A stretch of 64,000 nucleotides of DNA from Octopus vulgaris. Its lineage: Eukaryota. A program made the position numbers and the translations under genes. Shown one piece after another: positions 53,492 through 64,000 of the stretch; the first letter of the stretch is position 1, and the number at the start of each line of letters is the position of its first letter. The stretch covers positions 30,690,001 to 30,754,000 of the forward strand of contig OX597820.1 of assembly GCA_951406725.2 (NCBI GenBank), read 5' to 3'. The notes beneath the pieces were generated by a model, which was not told the DNA's origin, ran no database searches, and saw only the letters and a list, made by a program, of their open reading frames with translations.

Positions 53492-53717
53492 ACAATTAGG
53501 GGAACAGGAAAAAAAAGGACGGGTCATTCGTGGCCTTCTTTTGTCAGTCAAGCCACCAGATGTCCTTACAATTTCAGGCACTTACACTTGAGACTGGGGG
53601 CAAGCAGATCGAACAGTCACAAGTGTAACTGCCCGTAACTGAGAGGACATCTGGTAATTTGACTGACGAAAGAAGGCCAATAATAACCCGTCCGTTTTTT
53701 CTTGTCCATCTAATTGT
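53492..53717. repeat. Imperfect fold-back with about 105-bp arms
   Basis: 53492-53596 pairs with 53614-53717 (GGACGGG/CCCGTCC, TGGCCTTCTTT/AAAGAAGGCCA, ACCAGATGTCC/GGACATCTGGT, TTACACTTG/CAAGTGTAA). Confidence 0.85.
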
Positions 53718-54089
53718 AATTTTCCTGCACGCTCATACACAGCCTGCAATACGAAAAACAAAACTTATCTAAGGACGGATGGACGCAGCAGATCCAACGG
53801 CCACCGAACAGCAGGGAGTGAGAGACCCCCAGTTTTTGCATAGACATCTCTCTAGGAGATTTCATTTGCATCGACTGATGTAGCATAGTTCTTAGGAGAA
53901 TGAGGAAAATGCGCTCGTTGCTAAGAGAGTGGGAGCGACCTTGTTCAAAGCGTTAGTTTGCTTTCAAGTGCTTCCGACACAGGCGTCGCTTGATTTATAA
54001 CATTTTCATTATGTGTTGCATACTATATATGACAGACCATAGCCGTAAAAAGTAAAACACTCAATGAAAAGTTTCATGATGAAATGTTG

Positions 54090-54265
54090 ACATGTGTCAA
54101 CATGGGTGATAAGCTTTCTGAACACCTGTTGTAAGAGGCGCCCATTACTATCCACATCTGTGTAAAAGAATGTAAGTCCCTAGCAGGAGTGAAAATCCAC
54201 ATCCGTGCTGCTTTAAGAGAACAATCATTCGATGTCATTATTCGAAATCGAGTTGAAGTCATCGT
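54090..54265 (+). mobile_element. 3' end of an RTE-type LINE (C2H2 finger and short 3' UTR)
   Basis: HICVKECKSLAGVKIHIR resembles the fingers at 17875-18039. Followed by a short tail and TGTA repeats. Confidence 0.5.
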
Positions 54266-54621
54266 GTATGTGTGTATGTTGGGAAGGAGTAAGTGTGTCT
54301 AGGTATATATGTATGTATGTGTGTATGTATATATATATAAAATACAAAATGGGACAAGAACGCAAAACATCCAGACAGTTAGGTGACACAAAAAGGGACA
54401 ACAAAACATCCAGATAGACGATACAAAAAAAACAAGGACGGGTCATTCGGATTTTTCTTTCCTCAGTCGAGTTCCAGATTATCTTTGCAATTTCGGCTGG
54501 TTATACTCGAGATTTCTCATAGGTGCAGGTGTGTCTGCATGGTAAGAACTTGCTTTGCAACCGCATAGTTCCTCACATGATACTTTGGACATGTGTCTAC
54601 CACTATAGCCTGCGCCATGTG

Positions 54622-54652
<31 letters not shown>

Positions 54653-54911
54653 CTTTGTGTTGTTATTCGATTAAAATTTCTCAAGGCAGTGCCCCTGCAT
54701 GACCACAGTCTACTGACGGATAGGTACATAGGTAATATGAACAGACAAGCACATATACACACATACGTACGCAAATGTAGACTGAAACACAGGATCATAG
54801 ACACACACACTTCACTTCACACAAGGACACATATGGAGACACACACCCATACATACAGACACAGTACATAGTCACAAAACCCCATACACAGACACGTTAG
54901 AAACACAGACA

Positions 54912-55523
54912 CTGGCAGAAACGTTAGCACGCCGGGCGAAATGCGTAGCCGTATTTCGTCTGCCGTTATGTTCTGAGTTCAAATTCCGCCGAGGTCGGCT
55001 TTGCCTTTCATCCTTTCGGGGTCGATAAATTAAGTACAATGTTAAGCACTGGGGTCGATGTATTCAACTTAATCCGTTTGTCTGTCCTTGTTTGTCCCCT
55101 CTGTGTTTAGCCTATTGTGGGTAGTAAAGAAATAGGTATTTCGTCTGCTGTTACGTTCTGAGTTCAAATTCCGCCGAGGTCGACTTTGCCGTTCATCTTT
55201 TCGGGGTCGATAAATTAAGTACCAGTTACGCACTGGGGTCGATCTAATCGACTTAATCCCTTGTTTGTCCCCTCTATGTTTAGCCCCTTGTGAGCAATAA
55301 AGAAATAAGAAACGTTAGTACGGCGGGTTAAATGCTTAGCGGTATTTTGTCTGCCGTTGCGTTCTGAGTTCAAATTTCACCGAGGTCGACTTTGCCTTTC
55401 ATCTTTTCGGGGTCGATAAATTAAGTACCAGTTACGCACTAGGGGTCGATCTAATCGACCTAATCCCTTGTCTGTCCTTGTTTGTCCCCTCTATGTTTAG
55501 CCCCTTGTGGGCAATAAAGAAAT
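54912..55523 (+). mobile_element. SINE family B trimer
   Basis: Three tandem body units. Confidence 0.9.
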
Positions 55524-55593
55524 AAAAACCCATACACAGACACACTCAGACATGCACAAAGGGACAGAGGTACACATACGTACACACACACAT

Positions 55594-55632
<39 letters not shown>

Positions 55633-55725
55633 GACATGAATATGCAGAATACATGCATACATACAAACGTACACACATACATACATATATACATACGCGC
55701 ACACAACATACATGCATACACACTC

Positions 55726-55756
<31 letters not shown>

Positions 55757-55918
55757 CATACATACATACATACATGCATGCATGCATACATACATACATA
55801 CATACATACATACATGCATACATACATACATACATACATACATACATGTGTATGACCCACACACATGGGCACAAACAAACAAAAAGATCGCAGCTCGGAT
55901 CACGGATAGAGTCATCGA

Positions 55919-55954
55919 CTATTGAAAAGGTTCAAGACGCAACGAAAATTTTAG
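55919..55954 (+). ncRNA. Minimal hammerhead motif, U3:A8 core variant
   Basis: CUA-UUGAAAA-G-GUU-c-aagac-GCAAC-GAAA-AU-UU-UAG: palindromic helix III AAUU. Helix II appears to lack one G (GUUGC/GCAAC expected). Confidence 0.5.
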
Positions 55955-56101
55955 GAAAAATAAATAAGTGAATGGAAACTTTACCGGTGAGTGTGTTAAA
56001 TAATAAGGAACTAAAAGAGAATGACTCTCCGCAGACACAACAAAATATGCTTCAACACACGAACTCACATAAAGAATCTTGCAAACCAAATCCAAAAACG
56101 A

Positions 56102-56149
<48 letters not shown>

Positions 56150-56164
<15 letters not shown>

Positions 56165-56997
56165 TATATAAAATCCGTTCTGTCTGTCTGTGTGTGTGTG
56201 TCTTCTAGGATCTCGGGCATCCTCCATCCAATTCTGCTCAAATTTGATATGTAGATACCGACGGTATCAGGGCGTGTATAAGTCTTGAAAAAATTACAAA
56301 AATCGATTCCAGGTGAGAATGCGATCGATAAAGTCGTGGGAACGTGCATTTGTACGCGCAAGTACATCAGTTATGTGGTTTACAAGGCTGCGCTCCACTA
56401 GCTTTTCCATGCCTTTGAACATCCCGTAAAGTAAGTTAGCTTAAAATTAGTTACTTAGTTCCCTAGGTTATTGCTTTTCATCAAAAATCGCCCCAAGTTG
56501 ATTTCCTACATGTTTTATCGGATAAACTTAGTATTGTCCCAGGTACGTTCTCATAAATTCATCATGCTTTTCCTTCTAGATTTGCCTCCAGCTAACCCAT
56601 TTGCATGCATCGTTTTTGTCCTGCTTTTCTTCCGTCAACCTGTACATAACTGCACCTTGCATTTTTTGTTGTTTTTGTACTGCTTAAAGACACGTTTCTT
56701 TCCTGCCAAGCTTACTGTATAAACCATGTTTGTGTTCTCCCAGTCAACAGCCTTATCATTACTGGTACTTTAAACTCTTCGGTTGCATACTTGTGTGAAT
56801 AAAAATCGTTTTTCTTTGGAATAGAAAAAAGTCTATCTTTATTTCTTCTTTTGCTGGTGTCTCAAATTTAGGTTAAATCAGTGTTTCTCAAAGGGTGGGG
56901 GCGGGCTATGGGACGGTCGGACAAGTTGTTTTGAGAAAATTTGTTTTAAATGTTTGACAACTCAGCACCGTCCATTGGACGGGGGCGTTTTGCTCGT
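56150..56997 (+). mobile_element. Non-autonomous Helitron-like element
   Basis: 5' TC..TATATAAAA plus CTGT/GT microsatellite. 3' hairpin CCGTCC-att-GGACGG about 10 nt before the terminal CTCG|T. Confidence 0.55.
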
Positions 56998-57146
56998 ATA
57001 ATTTAGATGCATGTTTGTATGTATGCATGTATATATCATAAATATATATGTGTGTGTGTGTGCGTGTAGATATGGCCAGTAAAGCATATATTCAAAAGCG
57101 AAGTACACTCTAAGTTATAGTGCAGTAGACTAATTGGCTGGTATAT

Positions 57147-57280
57147 GGGGCTATCCCGAGTTTCACGTCCATAAAGCGCTTAGCTTTACAGCATCTCTTA
57201 ATACTCTAACGGCTGCCATTAGGTCTGAAGTGACGCTGTTAAGCTGAGCGCTTTACGGACCTGAAACCTAGGGTAACCCC
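57147..57280. repeat. About 134-bp imperfect palindrome
   Basis: GTTTCACGTCCATAAAGCGCTTAGCTTTACAGC pairs with GCTGTTAAGCTGAGCGCTTTACGGACCTGAAAC. Pairing extends to GGGG/CCCC ends and inward to a minimal loop near 57214. Confidence 0.88.
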
Positions 57281-57308
57281 TCGGACCGACCATAACTATT
57301 TCTAACTA

Positions 57309-57352
<44 letters not shown>

Positions 57353-57756
57353 TACATACACATACATACACACACACACAATGAAAAGCGAAGATGCTGA
57401 CCATGCCGAACTTGAGTTCTTGTACAAAACGGAAGTGACGTAAAGAATTTGAAGCAGCCGACATACAATATATTTAATTGCAATCATTGTTATGCTTGAT
57501 GACTAATATGATTTATCAAAATGACTAAATTACCGTTTTATGATATACTTTATAAACATAAAACACTAAGGTTAATTAAACTGATTTAATTACCATTTTG
57601 TAGTATATTCTAATTGCTAACACACTTCGATTCTTTCCATTCTTTTGTACCGGAGGTGAAGGCAATTTCTTCATTGCGCACATGGTCGACAAATCGGTCT
57701 ATCTATCTATCTATCCATCCATCCATCCATCCATCCATCCATCCATCCATCTATCC

Positions 57757-57792
<36 letters not shown>

Positions 57793-58499
57793 CTCTATCT
57801 ATCTGTCTGTCTGTCTATCTATATATGTATGTATACACACACACATACAGACAGACAGACAGGTAGACAGACATGCACGCATACATACATATTTACAAAG
57901 ATACATACATATGAAAAAAGTATGCTCTGTTGTGAAAATCAGTTACCCTCTGGATACCAATGTGATCAGAAAATGACAGTAGAAAAGGACATCTGATAAG
58001 TAGCTTGCAAAACCAGTGCCCAAGATACACCTTCGTGGTGATGTTTTGCATTTATAATAAAATATATATATGCAAATTATAAAAATGATTTTAAAAAATA
58101 TACAGTACTGTTTCTACTTCGCGGATTTTCACCTATCGCATGAGTTTTGGGAATGTAATACCCGCGATAGTCGAGGGGTTATTTTATAACTATTGTTATT
58201 GGAGCAAGCCGCCTTCAGAAACATATGGCTAAACTTCGGTTCTTGAGAAGAGAAAGCAAGTCCTTAATTCATAGATTACAAATGATCACGATATCTAGGA
58301 AAATAGATATCAGCAGGACTTTCTTAAGACTAATTAAGGACAATTAATTAAACAAGACGCTTTCCTCCACAACTTCACTACCAAGTAGGTGGCCAGTCAA
58401 AATTAATTCTAAAATTAAAAGAGAAAAAGAAAACATATAAACGTGTATGTATACATGTATGTATGTATGTATGTGTGTATGTATGGATGGATGGATGGA

Positions 58500-58858
58500 G
58501 GCGTAGCTGTGTGGTAAGAAGCTTGCTTCCCAAACAAATGATTCCATGACACTTTGGGCAAGTGCTTTCTACTATAGCGTTGAGCTGACCAAAGCCTTGC
58601 GAGTGGATTTGGTGGTCGGAAACTGAAAGAAACCTGTTTTGTGTGTGTGTGTGTGTTCATGTCTGCGTTTGTTCTACCATCACTGCTTGACAACCGGTAT
58701 TGGTGTGTTTACGTCCCCGCAGCATGGCGGTTCGGCAAATAGACTGATAGAAGAAGTACTAGTCTTTAAGAAAAAGTCCTGAGGTCGATTTCTGCGATTA
58801 AAAGCCTTCGAGGTGGTGCTTCAACATGGCCACAATCAAATGACAGAAACAAGTAAAA

Positions 58859-58861
<3 letters not shown>
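58500..58861 (+). mobile_element. SINE family A, older subfamily
   Basis: Diverged match to family A. Confidence 0.82.
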
Positions 58862-58893
<32 letters not shown>

Positions 58894-58912
58894 TGTATGT
58901 ATGTATGTATAT

Positions 58913-59336
58913 TACTTGTTTCAGTCACTGGACTGCGACCATACTGGGGCACCGAATTGAAGGGTTTTTAATCGAACTAATCAACCACAGTACGCATTTT
59001 TAAAAACTTGGTAGATGTTCTATCTGTCTTTTTGGCCCAACCGCTAAGTTACAGGAACGTATATAAAACAACACCAGTTATCAACAAGTGGTGGGAAACA
59101 GACACAAAGACACCTCCCCCCCACACACACACACATTGTAACACATATATGCATGAATGTATACACATGCATACGTACACGCACACATTAAGGTAGGCTT
59201 TCAGTTTTCGTCAACCAAATCTACTCACAAAGCTTTGGTCAGTCCAGGATTATAGTAGAAGTCCCAGTGTGTCGTGCAATAGGACTGAATCCAAGACCGC
59301 ACAGTCTAGAAGCAAGCTTCTTAACCACCGAGCCAC
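58913..59336 (-). mobile_element. SINE family A, older subfamily
   Basis: Diverged reverse complement of family A. Confidence 0.8.
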
Positions 59337-59477
59337 TGAGCGTACAAGATGGAGAAATTTGAATCAGTGCAACATAACAGAATTTCCTTAAATCCTTCAA
59401 ACAGTTTGTCTTTTTACTTCTATACGTGCATTCGGGCGACGAAGAGATTATGTATATATATATATATATATATATAT

Positions 59478-59724
59478 CACCGTGACCAACCAGACTATCA
59501 GATGTTGCTACACATCGCTGGTCACAATGCGCTTCGCATTGTTTTAGCCTTCAAATGACGCTACCCCGCTGGCTAAGTGAGCAGGCCGACAGAATGAAGA
59601 GTGAGAGAAGCCTCGTGGAACTTTAGATGTCTTTTTTCAATAAATACTCACAACGCCCGATCTGGGAATCGAAACCACGACCCTACAACCGTGAATCCGC
59701 TGCCCTAACCACTGGGTCATTGCG

Positions 59725-59726
<2 letters not shown>
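59478..59726 (-). mobile_element. tRNA-derived SINE (family C head, third tail type)
   Basis: Head reverse complement at about 59610-59726. The tail differs from the other family C copies. Confidence 0.8.
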
Positions 59727-59773
<47 letters not shown>

Positions 59774-59886
59774 ATATATATATGTATATATATATATGTA
59801 TATATATATATATGTATATATATAACTATCTAAAATAAATGTATATATATATGTATATATATAACTATCTAAAATAAATGTATATA

Positions 59887-60007
<121 letters not shown>

Positions 60008-60244
60008 CAAAGTGTACGTACGCCGCTATATATATATATATATATAATACAAAATGGAACAAGAATGCAAAACATCCGGACAACTAGGTGATACAAAAAG
60101 GGACAACAAAACATCCAGATAGACGCTACAAAAAAAAACAAACAAACAAGGACTGGTCATTCGAAGCTTTTTATCCTCAGTCAAGAACCGAATCATCCTC
60201 GCAATTTCGGCTGATTAATCTTGAGATTGCTTGTCCCAAGTTTG

Positions 60245-60288
<44 letters not shown>

Positions 60289-60782
60289 ATACAAAATTCT
60301 AATTCATAACTTCTATCTTACAAGAGAGTTCATATAACGTACTTGTTTTGTGTGTCTATATAAGCGTGTACAGCATGTGTGTGTGTGAGGTACGTGATGT
60401 GACTGTTTTGTTTCTACGTAACGTGCGTGTGTGTGGTCCCTTCGTCCAAAGACATCTTGTGCAGAGTTCAGTAGAAGTGAATGAAAGATTATATATCACT
60501 TGTGATGACGTGTTAGTATCTAAGCTTCCTTCCCCCATCACTCGCTGCCACCCGTCATCATATAGGAGAGAGAGAGAAGAGAGAAGGGTAACTACATACA
60601 TACAGAGAGACACACACACAAACAGACAGAGAGACAGTAGTGGGGGAGAGAGAGAGAGAAAGTGAACAGAATAGATGAGAGAAAGAAAATAAACATAAGG
60701 GAAACAAATTTTGGACACACGCACACATACTCTAATACACAAGTGCACACACATACACTTATACATATGTATGTGTGTGTGC

Positions 60783-60831
<49 letters not shown>

Positions 60832-62319
60832 CATGTAAATATATATATATATGCATACATAGCTCCTTTCTCGTATACAAAGCCATCGCTGTATGCGTGT
60901 ATGTGTGTGAGTATGAATTAATAAACTACAAAGGGGAGAAAATTATTCAACACAATATAAGTGGTTTATTTATTTACTTACTTATTTATTTCGAATATGA
61001 GGCTTCCATATGTTTAATAAATACTCTGAAATTCGCAGCTCCGTTTATTCTTATTACTATTTATTTATTTATTTCTATCAGGTACCACCGTGTCCTTTCC
61101 CGTCCACTTCACTTACTCTCTTTCTCTATTCAATCACTATATGTGTTAAGTCACGATCGAATTTTGTTCCCAGTTTCGGACCCTTAACATCACGTCAGCT
61201 GATTCTTCTCTCAGAAAGATACACTCACCACTTACCACTTCATCGTCTTCGATGAGTTGCTGAAAATTTCCTACATTTTGGGTAACAGAAAAATGCAAGG
61301 AGGATCATTTTATTCAACATATTCTCGTCTCAGATTCACACACTTATTGCAGCGGTCCTTCAGTTTTTCTAAGCCCTGTAAAAAAACTTGAAAGGTTGGG
61401 GCCTCCAAACAGGTCTTTTGCGATATCCTTAAAGCCAGGAACTTTTTCAGCACGTCTTCGTATGTCAGCAGTTCTCAAATTTTATTCTTACCTGAGGACT
61501 CCTTTGATTCCTATTTTGCACAGATGGACACTCAGAGCTATTCGATGTTTAAAAAGAAATCCTATTGTATTTATTTTCTAATTATTAAATATATTACGAA
61601 ATGTATTAAAAAAAATTGTTGAAATATTGTATGAGTTGTAGAAAATATTACCAATTTATTGCTCATAAATTTTAACCTCAAAATCTTCCCCACGGTCATA
61701 TATATGGACCCCAGTTGAGAAGCATTGATCCATATCTTCCCCACCCTTCATACACACACACACACAATACATATACCTTTAAAAGTGATGAAGAGATTGA
61801 GAAAACTGATTGGTGTAAAAATAATTAAAACAGTTTACTAATTAGGTTTGATGATGTTGTTACTGTTGTTGTTGTTGTTGTTCTTATTTATCCCACCCTT
61901 ACCTCCTGCAGGCAGATCAGCCGGAGACCAATACTTTAATTCTCGGTGATGTTTATAGCACAGCTGTCTACTAAGTAACTAACCCATTTCTTCTTGGTCA
62001 TTCTCTTAAATCTGATGTAATCAAAATACCAGATGGTGATATGACATTATATAATAACATACTACAGGGCTTTGTATTTTACTTCTTTTTCCTTTTCTTC
62101 CTTTTTTTTAAACTGGAGTGCAACGGGTCTCACTCACCAAGTTATGTCAGGTTTATCATAATATATCAATAAATTTCAAACATGAATGAAATGAAAATAA
62201 AAATATAACTTTTCAGATATCCTTCTCTTATTCCCCTCTAACGCACCCACGCATATACATTACAAAATGACTGAATATTGTTATACAGTTTCATTATCTT
62301 CGCACAATAAACACAGACT

Positions 62320-62703
62320 AGACCACACTGGTCTTGTTTCTGTTTTTGCATAGCTCGGAAATCAGGGAGTGTCTCCAGGTCATGCCGCTACTTCTCCGTA
62401 TAGTGAGATCACAACTCTGATACTGAAGACATGTGAGTAGAATGTCGCAGGAAAGAATCCCAAGGTGGATTCTCCATGCTGAGCTATCCTGCAGGAGACC
62501 TTGAGATAGATCAAGAACGAGATGGTTGGATAATATCCATAGGCGTAGGAGTAGCTGTGTGGTAAATAGCTTGCTTACCAACCACATGGTTCCGGGTTCA
62601 GTCCCACTGCGTGGCACTTTGGGCTAGTGTCTTCTACTATAGCCTCGGGCCGACCAAAGCCTTGTGAATGGATTTGGTAGACGGAAACTGAAAGAAGCCC
62701 GTC

Positions 62704-62769
<66 letters not shown>

Positions 62770-63158
62770 TTGTGTGTCTGTGTTTGTCCTCCCAACATCG
62801 CTTGACAAACCGATGCTGGTGTGTTTACGTCCCCGTAATTTAGCGGTTCGGCAAAAGACACCGATAGAATAAGTACTAGGCTTACAAAGAATAGGTCCTG
62901 GGGTCGAGTTGCTCGACTAAAAGGCGGTGCTCCAGCATGGCCACAGTCAAATGACTGAAACAAGTAAAAGGGTAAAAGAGAGAGAGAGTCAGAGTTGGTC
63001 ATGCTTAGGAATCCAGCCAGAAAGTCTCATGATGGCTGCTTCAGCTTGGACTCTACGGAGAAGACACCTGAGGGTTCTATCTCCACAATCCCCTCAAGAA
63101 TAGTCGGCAAAAATGATGGATCGATGTCTAGGTGGACGGACGGATGGATGGATGGATG
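62320..63158 (+). pseudogene. RTE-type LINE 3' remnant interrupted by a SINE
   Basis: SEIRECLQVMPLLLRIVRSQL*Y*RHVSRMSQERIP...RSRTRWLDNIH at 62350-62540, continuing at 62990-63110 and ending in (GATG)n. Confidence 0.75.
62541..62980 (+). mobile_element. SINE family A
   Basis: Full match to family A. Confidence 0.9.
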
Positions 63159-63526
63159 CCTCAGTCATACTTATAACTACCTATCCCTCGCCAAATTTGG
63201 GTCATGTCTTGGATACATTTTGCCACTTTTTAGTCAGTAGACGGGTCACTGTTGTATTCTTTTTTTCTTTTCTTTTTTAGAGGATTTAGTAGAAGACGGC
63301 ATACACCCGAACACAATAAGTTTAACCCTAAAGTTCATGTTTTTTCGTGTTGTAGTGACATGTGACAAACGCCTCGTGGGTGAACAACACTGTTTTCAAT
63401 AGACGTTAAATGTATGTGTGTGTGTGTGTGTGTGTGTGTGCGTGCATGTAGTATGTGTGTAGACAGTAACTTCGAAATCACTGTCAATAAATTTATGACT
63501 CTTCATACATATAAAATCTTTCTCTT

Positions 63527-63722
63527 TCTTTTACTTGTTTCAGTCATTTGACTGCGGCCATGCTGGAGCACCGCCTTTAATCGAGCAACTCGGCCCCGGG
63601 ACTTATTCTTTAGTAAGCCCAGTACTTATTCTATCAGTCTCTTTTGCCGAACCGCTTAGTAACGGGGACATAAACACACCAGCATCGGTTGTCAAGCAAT
63701 GCTAGGGGGACAAACACAGACA

Positions 63723-63788
<66 letters not shown>

Positions 63789-63902
63789 TATACGACGGGC
63801 TTCTTTCAGTTTCCGTCTACCAAATCCACTCACAAGGCTTTGGTGCCACGCAGTGGGACTGAACCCGGAACCACTACTTACCACACAGCCACTCCTGCGC
63901 CT
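63527..63902 (-). mobile_element. SINE family A with small internal deletions
   Basis: Reverse complement of family A. Confidence 0.88.
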
Positions 63903-64000
63903 TTCATTCAATATCCATAATTTTAATGCATATAAACACATATATACCCACGCATGTAGGTAGGTAACAGTTTTACTGAAATAAAGTCAGGGGGCACCAA

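Noticed and set aside
54440-54512. GAAA...CTGAGGA on the minus strand (also 60160-60225) as a permuted hammerhead
   Set aside because: Could not form helices I and III convincingly by hand.
60356-60886. 176-aa minus ORF or possible first exon near GA repeats
   Set aside because: Mostly microsatellite-derived, with no domain.
61903-62140. Minus-strand donor-like sites (AG|GTAAGG at about 61902, TG|GTGAGT at about 62137) and a short frame SRQLCYKHHRELKYWSPADLPAG
   Set aside because: Weak acceptor and no recognisable homology. It cannot be supported without RNA data.

Overview
AT-rich, microsatellite-dense eukaryotic non-coding DNA. The SINE and repeat landscape looks like an octopus (coleoid cephalopod) genome; this is inferred from recognising repeat families, not from a database search. 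No intact host gene is supportable, and almost all listed ORFs are microsatellite or SINE read-throughs. Recognisable content: a complete but decayed hAT transposon (146-3315, 8-bp TSD); transposase remnants (MULE, mariner); LINE remnants (RTE, CR1/L2-type, Penelope-like RT); about 30 tRNA-derived SINE copies from 4 families; several MITEs (one amplified into a 4-unit array carrying TTAGGG repeats); Helitron/Helentron-like elements; two possible solo LTRs. The most interesting signal is a dispersed set of minimal type I hammerhead-ribozyme motifs in Penelope-type terminal repeats. They include three versions of the core 3:8 tertiary pair (C3:G8, G3:C8, U3:A8), and four motifs share an extra purine after A9. 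Several perfect or near-perfect fold-back palindromes are built from the same kind of termini. Ribozyme activity is predicted from hand-folding only.
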